From: an uncultured Acidobacteriota bacterium
Lineage (GTDB): Bacteria; Acidobacteriota; UBA6911
Direction: 5' to 3'
Length of the DNA stretch: 64,000 bases
Assembly (NCBI GenBank): GCA_963809485.1
Contig: CAWEJX010000007.1
Coordinates: 512,001 to 576,000, forward strand
Below the pieces are notes generated by a model. The model searched no databases. It had not been told where the DNA came from and worked only from the letters and a program-made list of their open reading frames with translations. Numbering within the stretch: position 1 is the stretch's first letter; every line of letters starts with the position of its first letter. The position numbers and the translations under genes were made by a program. Shown piece by piece: positions 10,528 to 19,517 of the stretch.

Positions 10528-10861
10528 GGCTATCCTCGATCTATCAAGATCCCGATTGTGCAATACCGTTGTGCAATGCTCACAACAGGAAAATCCATGA
10601 TAACACAGAGCTACAGCTTTGAGACTCGGAGCCTTTGAGGTTCGCCCGCTTATCCGCCACGGCTCCGGGGCATGAGGAATTTTCCCGCTTCGGCACCGAA
10701 TGCGGCTCTCCATGGATTTTTTTATGTTAATAGTTACGATCCAGGATGCAGAAGAGTATCATGGCGCTTATCCCTTGAAGATTTCCGGGATCGTGCTTCC
10801 CTGCTCTCCGGATTTCGTCTGTGAAGGGTGATGAACCGAGCCTGTGAATAGGAGCCTTTAA

Positions 10862-11590
10862 TTGCGTATCGAATACGGCATTCGGAGTGATCAGGGGAGA
10901 GTCCGGGCTTCCAACGAGGATGCGTGTGTCGCCAGCATCGGCAGCAGAGTTTTTCTTGTGGCCGACGGCATGGGCGGTCACGCTGCCGGGGAAATTGCCA
11001 GCCAGATTGCAGCATCGACGGTCGAGGAAATTATCGCAGGCAGCACCCTCGACCCCGATATGGAAAGCCTGCTGCAACGGTCGGCAAGGGCAGCGAATGC
11101 CCGTGTCTATGAAACCCAGAAACTCCGGCCCGATTACAGGGGGATGGGAAGCACCCTCACCGTGCTGGCGATCCGGGACGACCATTTCTATGTCGCGCAG
11201 GTGGGGGATTCCAGGGCGTACCTTTTGCGGGACGGAGTCCTGGATCAAATTACGCGCGACCATTCCCTGGTTTGGCCGTTGTATGAAAGCGGCGTAATTT
11301 CAAAAGATGATATTTCCCGGCATCCTCAAAAGAATCTCATTACAAGGTCCATCGGGACGCACGCCGAAGTGGAGGCCGACCTGCACAGCGGCGCTGCGCT
11401 CGCGGGCGATGTTTTTCTACTGTGCTCGGATGGTCTGACGGACGTGCTGTCCGAGCGGGAAATCCTGCAAATCCTGTCGCTCGAGGGCCGTAACCCCCAG
11501 GATTTGTGCGATGCTCTGGTTCAAGCGGCAAACGCAGGCGGCGGCCCGGATAATGTGACAACCATTGTCGTGCGCCTTCTGCCAGATTAA
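10862..11590 (+). CDS. PP2C-family Ser/Thr phosphatase (Stp1/PrpC-like)
   Basis: RxxNEDA, VADGMGGH, VGDSRAY, LCSDGL and GGPDNVT motifs. Confidence 0.95.
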   Translation: MRIEYGIRSDQGRVRASNEDACVASIGSRVFLVADGMGGHAAGEIASQIAASTVEEIIAGSTLDPDMESLLQRSARAANARVYETQKLRPDYRGMGSTLTVLAIRDDHFYVAQVGDSRAYLLRDGVLDQITRDHSLVWPLYESGVISKDDISRHPQKNLITRSIGTHAEVEADLHSGAALAGDVFLLCSDGLTDVLSEREILQILSLEGRNPQDLCDALVQAANAGGGPDNVTTIVVRLLPD

Positions 11591-11599
11591 CCATAACAT

Positions 11600-11670
11600 A
11601 ACGCTGATTTACGCCGAACGGACGCCGACGCACGCTGAAATAATATATGTATTCAGCGTGCCGCGCCGTT
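11600..11670. repeat. 9-nt-period ACGCYGA inverted repeat element
   Basis: ACGCTGATTT ACGCCGAACGG ACGCCGACGC ACGCTGAAA, then AT core, then TTCAGCGTG. Confidence 0.65.
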
Positions 11671-11713
11671 TTTCATACGCCGCAGCAATCCTTCAAAAAT
11701 CGCCGGCGGATAA

Positions 11714-11815
11714 TTTTCCACAGGCGGGCCCAATTCTGTGAATTATTGGGTTAAGCCTATTGTTTGCAAAGATAAGAGCAAACTGCCACTCTGCATTATC
11801 CACAGGTTTTCCACA
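11714..11815. promoter_or_regulatory. cluster of DnaA-box-like 9-mers
   Basis: TTTTCCACA 11714-22; TGTGAATTA 11737-45 (reverse, imperfect); perfect TTATCCACA 11796-804; TTTTCCACA 11807-15. Confidence 0.6.
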
Positions 11816-11898
11816 GTTGGTCCCCATTAGCGCGTGGCATCGAAGCTGCTGCGTGGCGGCTATTGGAGAACAGCTCTCCGCGGCCGCATACACAACGG

Positions 11899-12213
11899 CT
11901 AACCGGTTTTTTGAGTTATACTTACGCGATGATGAAAATCGCTGAGGGAGAGGCCTCGGATTTGCAGAACCTTTTCTCTCGATTTGGAGCCCGAGAGGAT
12001 CTGCAGATTGGCTCTGGAAATGCCAAGCAATCCGGAAAAGAATTCGATGATGCCACGGTTTGCGGCATCATCCACCGGTGGAGCGGTTACTCTGACCTTG
12101 AGGGCTCCATTGAATGTGCCCGCTATTTCACAGCGTTTGGCGCGCGGAAGAACGTGGAGTCGAACCTCCAGCCCGGAGCCGGTTTCCCGGATCTGCAAGG
12201 CAGCATCATGCAT
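11899..12213 (-). CDS. yggU: DUF167/YggU family protein
   Basis: LKVRVTAPPVDDAAN and ILSGSKSREK; adjacent to yggS. Confidence 0.88.
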   Translation of the reverse strand: MHDAALQIRETGSGLEVRLHVLPRAKRCEIAGTFNGALKVRVTAPPVDDAANRGIIEFFSGLLGISRANLQILSGSKSREKVLQIRGLSLSDFHHRVSITQKTG

Positions 12214-12916
12214 ATTGACGAGCTCCGAAGATTGCTGTCCCCACCCTGACGATGGTTGCCCCTTCCGTTATGGCTGCCTCGAAGTCATGACTCATTCCCA
12301 TGGAGAGATGCCGCCGCCCGAGGCAGCCCGGCTGCTCCGACTCCAGGGACTCGCTGATTTGCCGCAGCCGGGCAAAATAAGGACGGGCTTTGTCCGGATC
12401 ATCAAAAAAGGGCGGAATGGCCATAAGCCCGTCAAGGCGCAGATGCTTGAGATTCGATACAGCCTCGGCCACGTCTCTAATTTGATGGATTGGAGCGCCG
12501 AACTTGGTATCTTCTCCTCCCAGATCAACCTGGATCAGGACGGAAAGCACCTGGCCTGATTCCATGCAGGCCTGATCAAGCCTTTCAGCCAGCCTGGGGC
12601 TGTCGACCGAATGAATCAGATGGAATAAACCGGCGGCGCGTCGTGTTTTGTTGGATTGAAGGTGCCCGACCAGATGCCACTCCAGTTCCGGGCCGGCGCG
12701 AAAGTGAAGGATCTTGCCTTCCGCTTCCTGTACGCGGTTTTCGCCGAAGCGGCGAATGCCCGCGGCTATCGCCTGGGAGATGGACTCCTCGGGAACAGTT
12801 TTGGTGATGGCCAGGAGCGTAATCTCCGCCTCTGAACGGCCGCAGCCGGTTGCGGCTTTCGCAATTCTCTCTCTGACCGAATGTATGTTTTTTCCTATAT
12901 TGCTCAAGGGAACCAC
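12206..12916 (-). CDS. yggS: PLP homeostasis protein YggS
   Basis: AITKT, FGENRVQE, HLVGHLQSNK, LSMGMSHDF, VRVGTAIFG; start GTG 12916 is uncertain. Confidence 0.93.
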   Translation of the reverse strand: MVPLSNIGKNIHSVRERIAKAATGCGRSEAEITLLAITKTVPEESISQAIAAGIRRFGENRVQEAEGKILHFRAGPELEWHLVGHLQSNKTRRAAGLFHLIHSVDSPRLAERLDQACMESGQVLSVLIQVDLGGEDTKFGAPIHQIRDVAEAVSNLKHLRLDGLMAIPPFFDDPDKARPYFARLRQISESLESEQPGCLGRRHLSMGMSHDFEAAITEGATIVRVGTAIFGARQYA

Positions 12917-13108
12917 CCGTCTGGTTTTTCCGCCGCCAGGCCGGCTGCGAGCGCCCCCGGCCTGATTTCGCGGCAATGCCCGGCTTTTTCCGCGTTGAGT
13001 TGCGGATCATGCTTTGATACTCTGAAACCTGCCCGGGAGCAAGCGGCTCATGCGCGCCGATCTCAGGGCAATTCTAAAGGTCTTCGTCGAAACTGGCAAG
13101 GATCCAGC

Positions 13109-13747
13109 GTGTTTATAACGTTTGAGGGGATTGAGGGTTCGGGCAAAAGCCTGCAGCTGGCCCGCTGCCTGATCTATCTCGAGCAAAACGGCGTGGACTG
13201 CCTGGGGACGCGGGAGCCTGGCGGAACCGATTTCGGTCTTGCCCTGCGCAAAGTGCTTCTGGGGACGGACGGCTGCCGCAGGGAATCCCTTTGCGAGCTT
13301 TTGCTTTATCTTGCGGACAGATACCAGCATCTGAAGGAAGTCATCGAACCGGCCCTGCGGCGCGGCCAGTGGGTTCTCTCGGACCGGTATCAGGACGCGA
13401 CCCGTGCATACCAGGGAGCTGCCCGCGGCATTCCGGACAGCGAGATCGAAAAACTGAGCCGGATGCTGGGAATCATTGAGCCCGACAGGACAATCCTTCT
13501 GGATCTGGATCCTGAAGAAGGCCTTTCACGAGCCAGGCTGCGCAACACCGAATCCCCATCCGCAGCCGCAGAGGGGAGGTTTGAAGCGGAAGATATTTCA
13601 TTCCACCGGAGAGTCAGGGCGGCATATCTGGATCTTGCTCGCCGGTTTCCTCAGAGAATCCATGTGGTCCCGGCTTCGGGATCACCGGACGAAGTTTTCT
13701 CCAGGATTGCGCGCCTCCTTGACGGATGGATTCCCCCGGGTCGCTGA
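13109..13747 (+). CDS. tmk: thymidylate kinase
   Basis: FITFEGIEGSGKS, TREPGGT, SDRYxDATRAYQG. Confidence 0.95.
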   Translation: MFITFEGIEGSGKSLQLARCLIYLEQNGVDCLGTREPGGTDFGLALRKVLLGTDGCRRESLCELLLYLADRYQHLKEVIEPALRRGQWVLSDRYQDATRAYQGAARGIPDSEIEKLSRMLGIIEPDRTILLDLDPEEGLSRARLRNTESPSAAAEGRFEAEDISFHRRVRAAYLDLARRFPQRIHVVPASGSPDEVFSRIARLLDGWIPPGR

Positions 13748-13751
13748 TCCT

Positions 13752-14834
13752 ATGAAAACGCCCTTAAATCTGAACACATTTATCGGCAATGCCCGCGCAG
13801 TGGAAATATTGAAGCGCGCCATTCAGCGGGACCGTCTGCCGCATGCGATGATTTTCGCCGGCCCTGCAGGCATCGGCAAATGCACCCTCGCGCTCCTTGT
13901 CGCCCAATCCATCAATTGCCTCTCCCCTGTCCAAAGCATGGCCTGCGGCGATTGTTCCGCCTGCCGGAGAATTATGGCCGTAATCGAAAGCCGGCATCTC
14001 GAGTGCCTTTCCCTGAAGGGCGAAGGACATTGCGGCACCTGTGAAAACTGCAAAACCATGACCCGCCGGCACCCGGATATCTGGCTGGTCGAGCCGGAAA
14101 AGACCGTCATTAGCATTGATCAGGTCCGGGACCTCATCAATGAAATTGCCTTCCAGCCCCTGGAAGCACGCTATCGCGTGGTGATCCTGGACCCGGCGGA
14201 GCAGATGAAGATCGAGGCGCACAACAGTCTGCTCAAAACCCTCGAGGAGCCTCCCAGCCGCACCGTCATTATCCTGGTCACCACCAATCCCTTCATGCTG
14301 CTGCAAACTATCCGTTCCCGGTCGCGACTGCTGCAATTTGGGGCGATACCCCAGGAGCAGATCGAAAAGCACCTCGTTGTGAATGAGGGAAGAAAGCCGG
14401 AAGAAGCGCGGATTGCCGCCACGCTCAGCGGAGGAGGCCTGGCGACCGCCTTGAGCTTCGACACGAAGGAGTACCACGAGGTTCGCAGGCAGGCGCTGCA
14501 GTTCGTGGGCCTGGTTTTGACACGGGGGAAGTTTGCCGACATAAGCGCCCTGGTCGCCCGAGCAACGAAAGACAAGCAGCTTTTTCAGCCCTGGCTCGAG
14601 TGCGTAATGACAATGCTGCAGGATGTCTACTATGCCGGGATTGCGGCGGAGCGTGTCGGTCAGCGTGACCTGCTTGAAGAGCTTGTCCGACTGGCTCGAA
14701 CCGTTCCAAGACCATTGCTGGTTTCATTCATTGAAGCGATCGGCAAGTTCAAAAACGACCTCAAACTGAACGTGAACCGCCAGGTCGCTCTCGAGGCCAT
14801 GTTTCTGTCGCTGACCCAGCCCAGGCAAGGCTAA
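13752..14834 (+). CDS. holB: DNA polymerase III delta-prime subunit
   Basis: RLPHAMIFAGPAGIGK, HPD, NSLLKTLEEPP, TIRSRS; directly follows tmk. Confidence 0.92.
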   Translation: MKTPLNLNTFIGNARAVEILKRAIQRDRLPHAMIFAGPAGIGKCTLALLVAQSINCLSPVQSMACGDCSACRRIMAVIESRHLECLSLKGEGHCGTCENCKTMTRRHPDIWLVEPEKTVISIDQVRDLINEIAFQPLEARYRVVILDPAEQMKIEAHNSLLKTLEEPPSRTVIILVTTNPFMLLQTIRSRSRLLQFGAIPQEQIEKHLVVNEGRKPEEARIAATLSGGGLATALSFDTKEYHEVRRQALQFVGLVLTRGKFADISALVARATKDKQLFQPWLECVMTMLQDVYYAGIAAERVGQRDLLEELVRLARTVPRPLLVSFIEAIGKFKNDLKLNVNRQVALEAMFLSLTQPRQG

Positions 14835-15044
14835 GCCCCATCGGAAGTAACAGCTTTTGAGTCCCTCAAAATATAGAGAGGCTTCGTTCCCTTCCACACC
14901 CTGGATTGGCTTGTCGGAAGCTGGAAGGCAAACCATAACCGGGAAAGATACGCTCAAATAGGAACTCTTCCGGAAAATTCCGCGAGAAGTTCAGGTTCGC
15001 CGGCAATCAGGCTGCTTCCTGGAAGGCTGGAGGAGAAATGCAGG

Positions 15045-15521
15045 CTAGGGCTTCTTTTCGAGTTTGGCGAGCTTGTTGCGAAAGTCGGAGATTTTTGGCG
15101 ACTCCGGATTCTTTTCGATTAATTCCTTATAGGCGGCGATCGCTTTGGTGACCTCGCCGCTTTTTTCATAAGCCCGTGCGAGCGCTTCGTAAGCGGTGAT
15201 GGAATTCGGCTGGTATTCCAGCGCATCGAGGTATCGCTGAATGGCCGCGCTGTAATTCTTCTTTTTCAGGTAGAAATTGCCGATATTAATATTTTGCTCG
15301 GCCAGTAGGGGATTGGGTTCCTTGGGCGTTTGAACATCAGCGGCGTCCGCAGTCTCTTCGGATGCTTCCGTGTCCCGAATCAGCTCGGGTCTTCTGGAAT
15401 TTTCCGTTTGGGCAAAAACGGAGATGCCGGACCAAAAAAGCAGCAGCAGCGTACTTTTTAAAAAAATCTGAACCCTTTGTACGGTAGGCTTATCAAAAGC
15501 CTTTGTTGTTTTTAAGCCCAT
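15045..15521 (-). CDS. exported TPR-repeat protein
   Basis: Signal-peptide-like N-terminus; IGNFYLKKKNYSAAIQRY and AYEALARAYEKSG TPR helices. Confidence 0.75.
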   Translation of the reverse strand: MGLKTTKAFDKPTVQRVQIFLKSTLLLLFWSGISVFAQTENSRRPELIRDTEASEETADAADVQTPKEPNPLLAEQNINIGNFYLKKKNYSAAIQRYLDALEYQPNSITAYEALARAYEKSGEVTKAIAAYKELIEKNPESPKISDFRNKLAKLEKKP

Positions 15522-15551
15522 TTATACCAAATTTAGCCGATCAGAATTCAC

Positions 15552-15580
15552 TTGTCAAAGGCGGATCCAGAGGCTATAAT
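15552..15580 (+). promoter_or_regulatory. sigma70-type promoter of hfq-like gene
   Basis: TTGTCA-17 nt-TATAAT. Confidence 0.65.
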
Positions 15581-15688
15581 TGATTTTAGGCCGGCAATTC
15601 TACATCACGCTAGAGTTAAATTCATCATCAATGTGTTAATTGCCAATATTCAAATTGATTCAGTCTCACCTCACCTGGAGGGTTTTTA

Positions 15689-16024
15689 ATGGTGAACCGC
15701 AAACTGATCCGTCCGAGCCTGTCAGAGATCAAGGATCAAATGCCCCGCTACGGAACTATCCCCAGGAAACGAGTTCCTCCTGAGGTAACGAACGCTGAAA
15801 ATTATTATTATATCAAGCAGATGGCCGCGAAAACCCCGATGATCGTCAAGCTCACGGACGGGGAAGAAATTCGAGGAGTCATTGAGTGGTATGATAAGAA
15901 CTGCATCAAAGTCCATCGAAGCGACGGACCCAACCTCCTCATTCTTAAACATGTGATTAAATACATGTATAAACAGAATGAGGACCAGGAACCCGATGAG
16001 GTAGACCTGGACCAGGTGGAATAG
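15689..16024 (+). CDS. hfq: Hfq/LSm-family RNA chaperone
   Basis: [17 protein letters not shown] (Sm1) and LLILKHVI (Sm2, like YKHAI); GGAGG RBS; acidic tail. Confidence 0.75.
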   Translation: MVNRKLIRPSLSEIKDQMPRYGTIPRKRVPPEVTNAENYYYIKQMAAKTPMIVKLTDGEEIRGVIEWYDKNCIKVHRSDGPNLLILKHVIKYMYKQNEDQEPDEVDLDQVE

Positions 16025-16066
16025 ATCGTTTCCAGGGCAGGCTGGGAAGGCAAAGGCCGCGTCCGA

Positions 16067-17122
16067 GTGCGCTTCAATGCCTATGTCCCCGGCCTGCGGG
16101 CGGAACCGCACTTGCCAGATTCGCTTGAAGCAACCCTACCCAGGCTCGGCATCACGACCGGCGACCCGGCCGGCATAGGACCTGAGATATCCTTGCGGGC
16201 AGCCCGGGAGGATTGTTTCCGCGGTGTATGCCATAAGATACTCTTCGGAAGCTGGGATGTCCTGCGTTCCCGAGCCGCAGTTCTGGGTTTGCCCTTCGAT
16301 TTTGTCAAACTTCCTATCACAGCCCTGGATTCCGGGGATCGCCTTCCGGAATGCAGCATCGTCGATATTCCCGCTGAAGAGGTACGCCCCGGCGTCGGTT
16401 CCATAAAGACGGGTGCCGCCGCCGCGAAGAATATTGTCGAATGCGCCGAAGCCTGCCGCAGACAGCTTCTCGACGCGATGGTCACGGCGCCCCTGAACAA
16501 GAAGTTTTTCCAGGAAGCAGGGTATGCCTTTCCCGGGCATACCGAATTCCTGGCTCATCTGGCAGGCGTGCGGGAATTTGCGATGGGATTCCTGACCGAT
16601 CGTCTCAGGGTTGTCCTGGCTACCATACACATCCCTTTGAGCGCTGTCGTCCGGGAGATTACGCCCGGGCTGGTATACGAAAAACTACGAATCATTGTTA
16701 GCGAATTCCCCCGAATGAGACTGGCTTGCGGCAGAATCGCCGTCGCGGGGATCAATCCGCATGCGGGAGAATCCGGCATCCTGGGTCATGAAGAGATGGA
16801 ACTCGTGGAGCCTGCCATTCGACGAGCCCGTATGGATTTTCCCGGCACAAGCATCGACGGGCCGCTTCCGGCCGACACTCTTTTCTGGCGCGCCTACAAT
16901 GGCGAATTCGACGTCGTTCTGGCCATGTACCACGACCAGGGTTTGGGGCCCATCAAGCTGATTGGCTTCGGCGAGGCGGTGAACGTTACCCTGGGACTTC
17001 CCTTCATACGCACATCCGTGGATCACGGCACCGCTTTCGATATCGCGGGCAAAGGCATTGCCCGGCCTGACAGCATGATGACGGCGATCCGCTGGGCTCT
17101 GCGCCTGCTGCCCGCCCGGTAA
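16067..17122 (+). CDS. pdxA: 4-hydroxythreonine-4-phosphate dehydrogenase
   Basis: GDPAGIGPE, PGHTEFL, NPHAGE, AMYHDQG, RTSVDHGTAFDIAG. Confidence 0.95.
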   Translation: MRFNAYVPGLRAEPHLPDSLEATLPRLGITTGDPAGIGPEISLRAAREDCFRGVCHKILFGSWDVLRSRAAVLGLPFDFVKLPITALDSGDRLPECSIVDIPAEEVRPGVGSIKTGAAAAKNIVECAEACRRQLLDAMVTAPLNKKFFQEAGYAFPGHTEFLAHLAGVREFAMGFLTDRLRVVLATIHIPLSAVVREITPGLVYEKLRIIVSEFPRMRLACGRIAVAGINPHAGESGILGHEEMELVEPAIRRARMDFPGTSIDGPLPADTLFWRAYNGEFDVVLAMYHDQGLGPIKLIGFGEAVNVTLGLPFIRTSVDHGTAFDIAGKGIARPDSMMTAIRWALRLLPAR

Positions 17123-17136
17123 CATCCGTCGCAAAA

Positions 17137-17236
17137 TACGCCGATTTAAGCTGACAATGGCTGACGAACGTCGAAAAACATATATAAATATTTTTTTACA
17201 GCGCACATCGGGTTTTGTCGGCGTTGGTCAGCGTTT
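17137..17236. repeat. 9-nt-period inverted repeat element between convergent pdxA and pepA
   Basis: ACGCCGA/AGCTGA/GGCTGA/ACGTCGA, then TATATAAATATTTT core, then TCGGCGT/TCAGCGT. Confidence 0.65.
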
Positions 17237-17277
17237 AAAAGAGCGGCGAATTGTGACCTGGGACAGATGGGAAAGCG

Positions 17278-18765
17278 CTATTCCAGGAGATGCACCAGGG
17301 TCCGCACGCCGAAACCTGTCGCACCCTTGCAGGCAAAAGGCTTGCCGTCATGGTCGAGATCCATGCCCGCGATATCCAGGTGGACCCATGGCGTGTTTTC
17401 CGTGAATTCCTGCAGGAACTTTGCGGCGGTGATGGCTCCCGCCCAGCGGTCTCCGACATTCTTGATGTCGGCGATTTCGCTGCGGATCGCCTTCCGGTAC
17501 TCGTCATCCAGAGGAAGCTGCCACAAGCCTTCGCCGGTTACCCTGCAGTTGGAGCGAAGGCGGCCGATGGTAGTTTGATCGGTGCCGAGCATGCCCGCGT
17601 TCACGTGACCCAGCGCAACCACGCAGGCGCCCGTCAAAGTGGCGATATCGATGATGTTTGTGGCTCCCAGGGTCCGGGCGTATGCCAGGGCATCGGCAAG
17701 GATCAGGCGCCCTTCGGCGTCCGTGTTCACAATCTCGACAGTTTTTCCCAGGTATGATTTGACCACATCCCCGGGTTTGGTTGCCTTGCCGCTGGGCAAA
17801 TTTTCCACCGCGGGTATCAATCCGATCACCGGAACCCGCGGGCGCAGTTGGGCCAGGGCGGTCATGGCACCGAATACTGCGGCGCCGCCGGCCATGTCGG
17901 CCTTCATTTCATCCATTTTCTCGGCGGGCTTGATCGATATGCCCCCGCTGTCGAATGTCACACCCTTTCCCACCAGGGCGAAAAGAGGCCCGCGGCTCCG
18001 CTTCCGAGGCTTCTGCTCAGCGATCCTGAGAATAATCAGCTTGGGCGGCTCCTCGCTGCCGCGGCCAACCGCGAGCAGCGCATTCATCCCCAGCTTTTCC
18101 ATTTCCTCGCGTTCCAGGATCTGCGCGCTCAGGCCCGCCCGGGCCCCTTCCGACGATGCCCGGACGGCGAATTGGGACGGAGTCAGGATATTGGACGGTT
18201 CATTTGCCAGAGTGCGGGCCAGGTTGGTGGCATCGCCCACGATCACGCCGCGCCGGATTGCTTCACGCAGAGCCTCATGGGAACCCTTTTTGTCGAACAA
18301 CAGCCAGAAATTCTCCACATCGCGGGGCTCTCTGTCGCCGGTCTTATAAATGTCGGATTCATAGTTCGCATAGACCGCACCTTCGGCTGAAACCCGTGCG
18401 GATAAATCCGCCGGATGGCTGCCGCGGCAGAAGAAGGCAACCTTCCTGGCGGAGCTCGACCGGGCGACGCGCACCGCGACACCGGCAATTTCGCGCAATC
18501 GGGCAGGTTCGAACTGAGATTTTTTGCCCGCACCCAGCAGAAGCAGGCAGCGTGCCTTCAAGCCCGCGGGCTGATAGACCTTGCAGAATTGATGCAGTTC
18601 CGGCTTGAACTCCCGGGAAGACAGGACCGATCGGACAATTCCGCGCGTGGCCTTGTCCAGGGACTCCAGGGATGAAAAGTCCTTGTTTTCCTCCTCAAAG
18701 ACGGGGAAAGCCAGGATGTCGCACTCGATACTCCTGAAATCCCCGGGTCGAAACTCTATCTGCAT
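17278..18765 (-). CDS. pepA: leucyl aminopeptidase (M17)
   Basis: VGKGVTFDSGG, MKADMAG, NTDAEGRL, DIATLTGA. Confidence 0.96.
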   Translation of the reverse strand: MQIEFRPGDFRSIECDILAFPVFEEENKDFSSLESLDKATRGIVRSVLSSREFKPELHQFCKVYQPAGLKARCLLLLGAGKKSQFEPARLREIAGVAVRVARSSSARKVAFFCRGSHPADLSARVSAEGAVYANYESDIYKTGDREPRDVENFWLLFDKKGSHEALREAIRRGVIVGDATNLARTLANEPSNILTPSQFAVRASSEGARAGLSAQILEREEMEKLGMNALLAVGRGSEEPPKLIILRIAEQKPRKRSRGPLFALVGKGVTFDSGGISIKPAEKMDEMKADMAGGAAVFGAMTALAQLRPRVPVIGLIPAVENLPSGKATKPGDVVKSYLGKTVEIVNTDAEGRLILADALAYARTLGATNIIDIATLTGACVVALGHVNAGMLGTDQTTIGRLRSNCRVTGEGLWQLPLDDEYRKAIRSEIADIKNVGDRWAGAITAAKFLQEFTENTPWVHLDIAGMDLDHDGKPFACKGATGFGVRTLVHLLE

Positions 18766-18949
18766 GGATTTCCTCCAGCTCTGGGAATATTGTGCGAATC
18801 TGCTGCCTGGAAGCGGCGTGCCGGAAGCAGGAAACAGAAATATTTATCGTTTCTCTGCAGCGGCCCTCAATTCATCGGCCATGAATCTTCATATCGACGT
18901 TAAATGTTTTTAACACAATTTTTCCGGCCACAAAATTCCGCACCGAAAC

Positions 18950-19420
18950 CTATCGGCGGTGTTTCATGGCCGCTCTGGCTTCCCGGTCCGCTTCCTTTCG
19001 GCGCTCTGTTTCCCGCTTGTCGATCAGCTTTTTGCCTCTGGCCACGCCGAGCTCAACCTTTATTCTTCCGCGCTTGAGATAAACCCGCAAGGGGACCACC
19101 GTCAACCCTTTTTCCTGTGTTTTGCCTATAAGTTTCCGGATTTCTTTCGTGTGCAGCAGCAGTTTCCGTGATCGAGTCGGATCGTGATTTTCCCGGTTAC
19201 CGTGCGAGTATGGGCTTATGTGGCAGTTGAAGAGAAACGCCTCCCCGGCCTGAACCATTGCGTAACTGTCCTTAAGGTTCAGCCGGCCTTCCCGGATGGC
19301 CTTGACCTCCGTGCCGAGCAGGGCGATGCCAGCCTCGATCTTTTCGAGGATAAAATAGTCGTGGAAAGCCTTCTTGTTTGTGGCCACCACTTTTTCGCCG
19401 GAAGTTTTCCTGTCTGCCAT
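18950..19420 (-). CDS. smpB: SsrA-binding protein
   Basis: [33 protein letters not shown]. Confidence 0.97.
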   Translation of the reverse strand: MADRKTSGEKVVATNKKAFHDYFILEKIEAGIALLGTEVKAIREGRLNLKDSYAMVQAGEAFLFNCHISPYSHGNRENHDPTRSRKLLLHTKEIRKLIGKTQEKGLTVVPLRVYLKRGRIKVELGVARGKKLIDKRETERRKEADREARAAMKHRR

Positions 19421-19517
19421 ATATTCCGCTGCCGGATAAGCGCAGCCCGCAGGCGCGCCTGAAAGCGCTGATTATACTATAAAGCGTATGAGTTGCTAGG
19501 TTTAGATCATTGAAGAC

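Noticed and set aside
11714-11815. Chromosomal oriC
   Set aside because: No dnaA/dnaN nearby, no clear unwinding element, and local gene orientation does not diverge from the site. Kept only as a DnaA-box cluster.
18780-19510. tmRNA (ssrA) or tRNA beside smpB
   Set aside because: No tRNA-like GGGG...TTCGA..CCACCA ends were found on either strand.
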